DNA of 57,924 nucleotides, counting the filler, from Sphacelaria rigidula (Eukaryota), in assembly GCA_964200075.2 (NCBI GenBank). It is 7 parts of 7 records of this genome, joined end to end, with 100 filler letters (N's around TTAATTAATTAA, not from the genome) between each part and the next. Parts side by side here need not be neighbours in the genome. Positions count along the whole stretch, not along the records: positions 49,737 to 57,924 come from CAXNAA020011980.1; 6 more parts are not named here. The stretch is one strand, 5' to 3'. The translations under genes were made by a program, and so were the position numbers. Below are positions 50,635-57,924 of this stretch, in pieces. A model generated the notes under the pieces. That model was not told the origin of the DNA and made no database searches. It worked only from the letters and a program-made list of their open reading frames with translations. Positions within the stretch are counted from its first letter, which is position 1. Every line of letters begins with the position of its first letter.

Positions 50635-51162
50635 GAGCAATGCTACGGTAGGGGTGCGCTTTTTGCGCATAATCTTGGACGGGTCGGACGAATCAATGAT
50701 TCGTCTGGAAATTACTTTATTTTAGTGTGATTGATTCGTACAGTACGAATCAATCCTTAGGCTTCGTTTGCAGCGTCGCAACCCAGGTACGCGCAGCCCA
50801 GGCACGTGGAATGGCGCAAAAATTGGGATGGAGACCTTTTTGACCGGCGGTCAACTTTGCTCTCTCTTTTCGAGCAATCAGGCCTGAAAATTCGTCGATT
50901 TGGTGATTCGAATCGGGGATGATTTGTCCGAACCGAGAAATGTTGTCTGGTTCAGGGGCTCCTCACGATTCTAGACACATAAGAACATGGGCCAGGGCAT
51001 CCTCGTTTGCAAATGTATGCGGGATATCACTACGATAGCACATCGTAATCGTAAATCTGACCCACCCTCACATATTTCATAAGTCGTGTTTTGGATGAGA
51101 TAGAGGGCTCTTAACAACTCTGACGTCAGAAAATATTTGTGCACCTCCACCGTAGCATCACG
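50635..51162. mobile_element. MITE family A (TIR ATGCTACGGTAGGGGTGC) interrupted by a MITE family B copy
   Basis: Ends GAGCAATGCTACGGTAGGGGTGC and GCACCTCCACCGTAGCATCAC. An uninterrupted inverted copy lies at 52118-52371. Confidence 0.78.
50680..50935. mobile_element. MITE family B (~255 bp, TIR CGGGTCGGACGAAT)
   Basis: Ends CGGGTCGGACGAATCA and TGATTTGTCCGAACCG. Other copies lie at 55503-55758 (full) and ~51897-52111 (inverted, truncated). Confidence 0.8.
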
Positions 51163-52117
51163 CTCGAGAGCGTTCGGAAAGCTTGCTTGCTCAAGGCAGT
51201 TAGTGCGGAGGTCGAACCCACCGAAACCCTCAGTCAACTTGGCGAGATACGCATGCCGCCCTGCCATTACGAGCTTCGACCCCGACGCCGTGAGCGTGTG
51301 GTGTTCCCATCCGTATAATGATAATCATAATACACTCATACCATTACTAATACTAATACCAATACTACTATTATCAATCATTCTAATAATAACACCAGAG
51401 TGAGTACCAAGATGCAAGGCCGCCGCGTGCCCCGATGATCTGAATTAAAATAGTTCGACTGTTACCTGTAGGGTGGAGAGATCAGCATACCTAGTAGAGC
51501 CTTGGTCGTATATCTATGGTTGACAACGTGACGACTTGATTATAGATTTGAGAAAAATCTTGATTTTTTTTTTTTGGTTTGGGGCAGGTGAGTAGTGGAC
51601 GCAGCTCGTCCAGAACGTGCTTTTGTCGAAATCGGCGCCTGCGGCGTCGATTTGAGGTCTGCCAACGCACACTATGGCCTGGGGAACGTATGCACTCCTC
51701 CCATTGCCCGAGGGTCTCGTACGCCTCGGTCGGGGTTAGGGTCAGGGTTGGGGTTAGCGTTAGCGTTATTGTTAGTTTGTTCCAAAAAAGTCAACCATAG
51801 ATATACGACCAAAACTGTAGGTCGCCTCGGAGAGATCGTGGGTTAAATTCCCGATGCCGCGTTGGATGTTTCATCTCCGCAAGTATTTGTTTATTTCACG
51901 GTTAGGACGGATCATCGCCGCTTCGAATCACCAAATCCACGATTCCTCGGGCCTAATTGCTCGAAAAAGAGAAAAAAAATGACCGCTGGTCGAAAAGATC
52001 TCCACGCATTTTATGCCCCATTCCACGTGCCTGGACTGCGCGTGCCTGCCTGGGTTGTGACGAACGCTGCATAGAAAGCCAAATTGGAATGATTCGTACG
52101 GTACGAATCAATTACGT

Positions 52118-52371
52118 GTGATGCTACGGTAGGGGTGCATACATATTTTCTGAGGTTGGAATCGTCAGGAGCCCTTTATCTCATCCAAGACACGACGTAT
52201 AAAACATGTGAGAGTACGTCAGGTATAATGTTCCAATGTGCTAGGGATTTTCCGAATGGATTCGCAAACTGGGATGCCCTGACCCATATTCTTGAGCATC
52301 TAGAATCGTTAGGAGCCCGTAAACCAGACAAGATTTTGCGGTAAAAGGGCACCCCTACCGTAGCATTGCTC
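52118..52371. mobile_element. MITE family A, uninterrupted copy
   Basis: ATGCTACGGTAGGGGTGC ... GCACCCCTACCGTAGCAT is a perfect 18-bp inverted pair. The body is the reverse complement of 50943-51160. Confidence 0.82.
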
Positions 52372-53309
52372 GATCACTTACTCTAAAATCAAGTAATTTG
52401 TTCGGCCGTTGGATTATTTCCACCGTCGGAAGCGCGAGTACGTACGTGAGAGTAAATATAAAAGTAGTTGACGGAGATTGTTTGACGAGAGTTAACGCGG
52501 TGTGGGAGTGTTGGCCATCATTCAATCCGCGAGACCAAATCATCCAACCATTCCCAACCAACGAACCATCCAACCATCACCAACCAATTAATGAATAAAT
52601 TGACCAATTGATGCTTTTATGCTGCATTAAACATTAGTTTATTCCGACCATCTGTTTTTTTTTTTCAACTCTTCTCTGTTCGTCTGTTTTACCTTGTCCT
52701 GATGTTTCTCCACTTTTTCTCCAGCGAGGGTTTCCGTTTTTTTTTCTTCGTGTGTCGGGTTCGTCGATCATGTCACCACCACCGAATCTCTGGAGGATCA
52801 GTTTTAAAAAGTGGATAATGACAATCGAATATTTGTGCATGTGTTTATATGTCCTATATGTGTTCATATGCCCTATATGTGTTTATATGCCCTGATTGAT
52901 TGATTGAGTGTCGCACTTAAACTGACCCCCCAGGGGTCCAGCGGTGGTCTCATGATAGACGTACGTACCCAAGAAAAACGAAAATGAAACACGCCCTGAG
53001 GAAAAGAAGGAACAGAAAAAAGGGAAAAAAGATCAAACAAAACGACATAGTAGACTAAGTCGTACCAAGAAAAGGTGATGAAAAAGTCAACACAAGCAAA
53101 GCACAGAAAGAAATGACCGACCTAAAACAAGAGAAAAAAGGAAAATAGGAGGAAAGTATAGAGCAAATAACTAAAATACATGAAACGATTAAAAAAAAAA
53201 AATGAAGGAAAAGGCCCAAGGGATTCAGGTCAGTAGAGTAGATACAGACACACACCAGTGGGCACCGCACAGCCACCGACTAAGGATATATTCAACAGCC
53301 CATATGAGC

Positions 53310-53510
53310 AGATAGGATTCTCCGATTGGCAGTCCTCGACGCAGCAGCCTCTCGCTTGTGACGGCGGTCTGATTCTCGCTTGTCCGCGCGTCGCCACGTG
53401 TCCTCAAACTCTTCCGCTCCCTTTTCGACTCCAATATGCCATTTGCCCAGGTCCTTCGCCGCAGTGACCCAATCGTATGCATCGTTAACCTCTATACCGT
53501 AGACGAACCG
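53310..53510 (-). mobile_element. 5'-truncated LINE fragment (ORF2 C-terminus), related to the element at 25690-27100
   Basis: DWVTAAKDLGKWHIGVEKGAEEFEDTWRRADK...RRHKREA aligns with GWATTEENMGKWHLGVERGTYVFEETLRREDK...LRHKLEA (26800-27096). Confidence 0.75.
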
Positions 53511-55502
53511 CTTTCGTCGGGCTATACGAAGTATGTGTTTATATGCCCCATATCTGTTTATATGCCCATGGATGAGATGCGGAAGTCTATCACGTGCTGA
53601 TCCAAGCCCGATCCATACGGATGTCGGCACATGAATGCCGGCATATATATATTTTTTTTCTCCTATCTCTTGTTTTTTTTCTCTCCCCTTCTTCTCTATC
53701 TGGGATTCTTTCTGACACCATGCTCGACAGTGAAAAGCGGCTATGTCGTGGGTACACACAAAAAAAATCGGTTTCACGGTCGACGAGGGAAAGGGACTGC
53801 TGAACCCCTCTCGCGATAAAAATAAGCCAAGCTCCGCATAAGGAAGATGGATAACTAAAAAGCAAATAAATGCAACTACACCAGTATCGGCCTTCCTTCT
53901 GTGTGACCCCGGCTGAATCGCCCACATATATACCGAAAGGTGTAGACTGCCGTCCAGAATGGATGGGATGACAACACACACACACACACTACTCTGTTGG
54001 TGTGTCTTATCCTTTTCTGTTTTTATTCACCTTTCTTCGTGCACTTACTGTATTCAGTTTTGCTCTCGTGTCGGGCACGTGTATCATGTAGATAATGACC
54101 ACGGCTGGATCCGGCAGGGATCAATTGAAGTGCCACAATCAGTCAAGCGGCCAAGCAATCAACATGCATGAAGTGCGAAAGTCCCATCACGTGCTGATCC
54201 AAGCCCGATCCTTACGGATAATGACACATATATGCTGAAACATCGAACGCATTTCGACCATATATGTGTGTGTGTGTTTGCTCATATATATCCAGATCCG
54301 TAGGCTCTGGGGGGACATCGAAGAGAGAATACTTGTTACAGGCAGGAAAGCACACACTGCGAAAGGGGCGGAGAAAGCTTTCCCGAGGATCACAAGTAGA
54401 TCGGGAAGCTAAAAAGGGGGGTACTAGCTCTGAAGGGGGCGGGGGGGACGAGGCCGCCGCCTCGGGAGGATTGGGGGAGGGCGCAGCTGTCACCGCTAGA
54501 GCCAGCCAAATCAAAGGTTAGTGTGATAGTTTAGCTTCACTTTGCTAGTTCTACGCCCGGTAACCGGCTGGTAATGACTATTCGGGCAACGAGAAGTGGC
54601 GCTCGAAAAGTTGTAGCTTCCCCGTTGTGCTACTCGCAGGAGCAGCAACAGCGGCGCGTGAGATGGCACAAAATGGCCCCCGTGGAATTTTCTCCGACCC
54701 GTGATTATAGCAATATTTTGTATATTTTTTTACCCGCGGGTGCCCGAGAAATCAATATCTTGGTGCTTTACCTTCCACGGATGGTGAAGGCGCGGGGTAC
54801 ACGACAAGAGTATGGGACATGATGGAAATAAGGGGAAAAGCGAGCGCTCAGACGCAAAGTAGACGAGGAAGAAGACCTGAAGATATACAGGGGGTTGACA
54901 AAGGGGATCGGAATGAAAACATATCTGCATGGCCCAATGGACGAGTTTTACAGGGTGCACAAGGAAGGTATCGCGCGTCGGACAGGTCATGAGCTACCTA
55001 CCCGTATATTATTATTAGGGTACTGGTGCGGATCATTTATTTATTTATTTTTCATTATGTTCGTCACATAGGTTCGATCTCTCGAACCCGTGGTCAGAGA
55101 GTGCACGGAGCATACCACTCATTCCCATAAATCAAACAGCCCGCAGACGAAGGCAAGAAACTAAACATCTACACGAAAAAGGGCATCCACACTAGGATGA
55201 GCCAGCTCAATTGACCCCTTTTTTACAAATTTTGTTTCCCTACAGCCCTCGACGCCGAGCACACGGAGAAGCGCACAGGCAGTGCCTTGGTTTGTTGGAC
55301 CCTGCTGTCACGTGTTCTGTGTCTTCGGAAAAGGAACCTGAGAGTCCTCTTTGATAAGTTATTTTAGGTACTTAGCTCATGAGCAGTGCGGCGTGTGTGT
55401 AAGGTTTGTAGCGCATGGAGGCTGGTCCGGGCTTGCCCGCCGTAGATTCTACACATGCAGCCGGCAGCCACATCTCACGGCGCATTTTGATATACTATTT
55501 CC

Positions 55503-55758
55503 CACGGGTCGGACGAATAAATGATTCGTCTGGAAATTACTTGGTTTTACTGTGATCGACTCGTACCGTACGAATCAATCCTTGGGCTTTGTTTTCAGCG
55601 TTGCAACCCAGGTACGGGCAGCCCAGGCACGCGGAATGGCGCAAAAGTTGCGTGGGAACCTCTTTGACCATCGGTCGACTTTTTCCTCTTTCGAGCAATC
55701 AGGCCTGGAAAATCGTGGATTTGGTTATTCGAACCGGCGATAATTCGTCCGAACCGTG
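55503..55758. mobile_element. MITE family B, full copy
   Basis: Ends CACGGGTCGGACGAATAA and TAATTCGTCCGAACCGTG. The body is homologous to 50680-50935. Confidence 0.82.
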
Positions 55759-55974
55759 GTGTTTTCCCAAACATTGAGAGACAAAGTTCCATTTTGGCTA
55801 TACTCCAGGAAAGACTGATGTCGTTTGTGTCTAGGCCTTCCCGCCTTCCCCCCGTGTCCAGCGAAAATGTACAGTTGGTTGTTTGCCGGGTGGGATTGAA
55901 TCGTACAGTATCCACCGCACATAGGGTTGTTCGGCGTGACAGAATTGCGGGAATACTCCAAGGTCGCGTTCTGT

Positions 55975-57445
55975 AGGGGTACAAATTTTTGTATACCCGG
56001 GGTATTTACCCGGGATGTGTACGGATTAAGAATAAATCCGTGGAGCGGATTATTACGGTGCGGTTTGTCAAACCTCACCGCTCCGTGGCATTTGTAGGGG
56101 GCGGATATCCGCTCCGTGACAATCCGTGACTTTTCTCACAAGCGGATATATGCTCCGGTCCGCTCCGTACCAGATTCCAAAAATCCGCCCCGTTCCGTGA
56201 CATAGTCAAGGTCGAATACCCGCTCCGCAATAATCCATGAGTTTTCCCATGTACGGATATCCGCTCCGCTCCGTGACAATTGAAAAAAAAAACGCTCCGC
56301 TCCGTATGAAGTACAGCTGCGCTGTTGGAACCGTCAAACGCGGTTTTTATGTGGAGCGGTTCTATCCACTCCGTAGTCCACCCGTGCGTTCTCCGTAGCA
56401 TAACTTACAGATCGAACAGCTGAAGAGCCACGGATTTCCACGGACAAAATTGGTCTGAATGCCGCACAACTTTGTATTTGAAGTATAAAAAATATTGTTC
56501 TTGATGAGGAATTCACCGATGCGGATCTGAAATTCTGCTGCGAATCATGACAACCGCGGTTTGCACGACACACATACACACGCGTGCGCCTCAAACTGGA
56601 AGGCATAACCCAAACACGGCGGCGATGCGCGGACCTCGGATGGTTGATTCCATTGATGCTAATACCGAGCGCAGTACCGAGCAATCTCCTACTTCAGAGG
56701 CTGAGGTGAAGGTGCATGTCCACCTCCACACCTGGTTCCGACTCTACTGTGCCCACCCCCACACCTCCCGTCAAGGTCGTAGAAAGTGTCCGACGCACGG
56801 TGGTCAATGTGGCGATGGACGCTGGTGCTAGGGTAATCTCAAGGGTGTGGCTATACTTCTGTGAGTTCGACAAGGGACGCGACGTTGTATGTGGAGCGTT
56901 TGATCCGCCGTCCCCCCTGTCCAGATTCTGGAAGTCCCAGCAAAACGACTCGTTTCGAACTTGTTGGTATTTATCCGCGGATATCCCTACAATTTTCGCG
57001 GATAACCGTGTGATTTTAACGGAGTATTGCCAGGGTGCAGCGTGGGGAAATGCCTCGGTTTGTGCGGATTCGTTCCACGGAGGAGGACAATCCGCTCCGT
57101 GAAAAAATCCGTGCGACGGACGTCCGCTCCGCAATAATCCATACTTTTGTAGCGGACGGGTATCCGCTCTGTGACAATCCGTGATTTTTCCCACAAGCGG
57201 ATATCCGCTCCGTACCATGTTCGAAAAATCCGCTCCGCTCCGCGACATGATCAAGGCCGGATATCCGCTCCGCAATAATCCGTGACATTATCAATCGCGG
57301 ATATCCGCTGCGTCATAATCCGTACTTTTTCGCACATTCGGATACCCACTCCGTGAGGTTTTGGAAAAAAAAATAATCCGCCCCGCGCAGCAGATTGTCC
57401 TCCGTACACATCCCTGGTATTTGTCCGGGTATTCTACCTGTACCC
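55975..57445 (+). mobile_element. Internally deleted hAT-like DNA transposon with subterminal GGATATCCGCTCCG arrays
   Basis: Inverted terminal blocks CCCGGGATGTGTACGGA (~56009-56025) and TCCGTACACATCCCTGG (~57401-57417). Arrays of GCGGATATCCGCTCCG at ~56075-56310 and ~57085-57355. The internal ORF 56716-57102 has a BED-finger-like SRVWLYF...C start. Confidence 0.55.
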
Positions 57446-57924
57446 GACAGTCACGTGATTTTCTGTAAACCTCTCATACCGGTATCCGACAGTTTTCCTG
57501 TAAGTTCCGTTAGAAATATCGTACGGTACTGAATATACCCGTAACCTACATAGCACCACCTCAAAGTAACCCGTTCCTAAGTTGACGAACGGGCCATCGT
57601 CAATCAGTGTTGAATATCGTATCGAAATAACGTTATCGTTATCGTATCGAAAACATTTCGATGAAACAATAAAACGTGCGGTGTGACTGTCCGGTTTTGT
57701 CGAATCTGGACACGTTTTCTACTAGGCTAGGAGATCTTGATTAAACCAATTGCGATGGGAATATGAAATGAAGCCATGTATCTCAATTTTCTCGCCTCCA
57801 GCGGGGCCGCCTCACGATCCGCGCGCGCGGGGGGGGGGGGGGGGGGGGGGGGGAGTTTGGTGGCCCCACCCCGCGGGGGCCCGGGGCGCCCGCCCGGCTA
57901 GGTTTTCCCGGAAAAAATAGAAAA

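Noticed and set aside
51732-51768. Telomere-like GGGTTAGGG tract
   Set aside because: It is short, degenerate and internal, and more likely part of an interspersed repeat.
56075-57355. CRISPR-like array (recurring GGATATCCGCTCCG)
   Set aside because: Repeats are short, degenerate and irregularly spaced, spacers are not unique, there are no cas genes, and the context is eukaryotic. Transposon subterminal repeats explain it better.
1-57924. A multi-gene system linking GCP3, sterol reductase, V-ATPase a and the nuclease element
   Set aside because: They lie on separate contigs joined by artificial linkers.

Overview
This is eukaryotic, intron-rich and repeat-rich DNA of about 50% GC. Gene structure and repeat content suggest a brown alga (Phaeophyceae) or another stramenopile, which is an inference. 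The window is not one locus: seven unrelated contigs of about 8.19 kb are joined by six artificial 100-nt N/TTAATTAATTAA linkers. Contig 1 holds six exons of gamma-tubulin complex component 3 (minus strand) with intronic MITEs and a LINE RT fragment. Contig 2 holds a delta14-sterol reductase pseudogene and a decayed Ty3/gypsy LTR element with a chromodomain-like tail. Contig 3 holds ten exons of V-ATPase V0 subunit a. Contig 4 holds a decayed RTE-type LINE, a TA-flanked MITE and palindromic tRNA-like repeats. Contig 5 is almost entirely a decayed large DNA transposon with a DDE (DUF6589-like) transposase, an XPG/XRN-like PIN nuclease and a Cys-rich tail, which is the AcademX architecture. Contig 6 holds an imperfect foldback of about 1 kb (candidate long miRNA or hairpin-RNA precursor). 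Contig 7 holds nested MITEs and an internally deleted hAT-like element. The two most notable items are the AcademX-like element and the long hairpin. All alignments were done by eye, with no database search.
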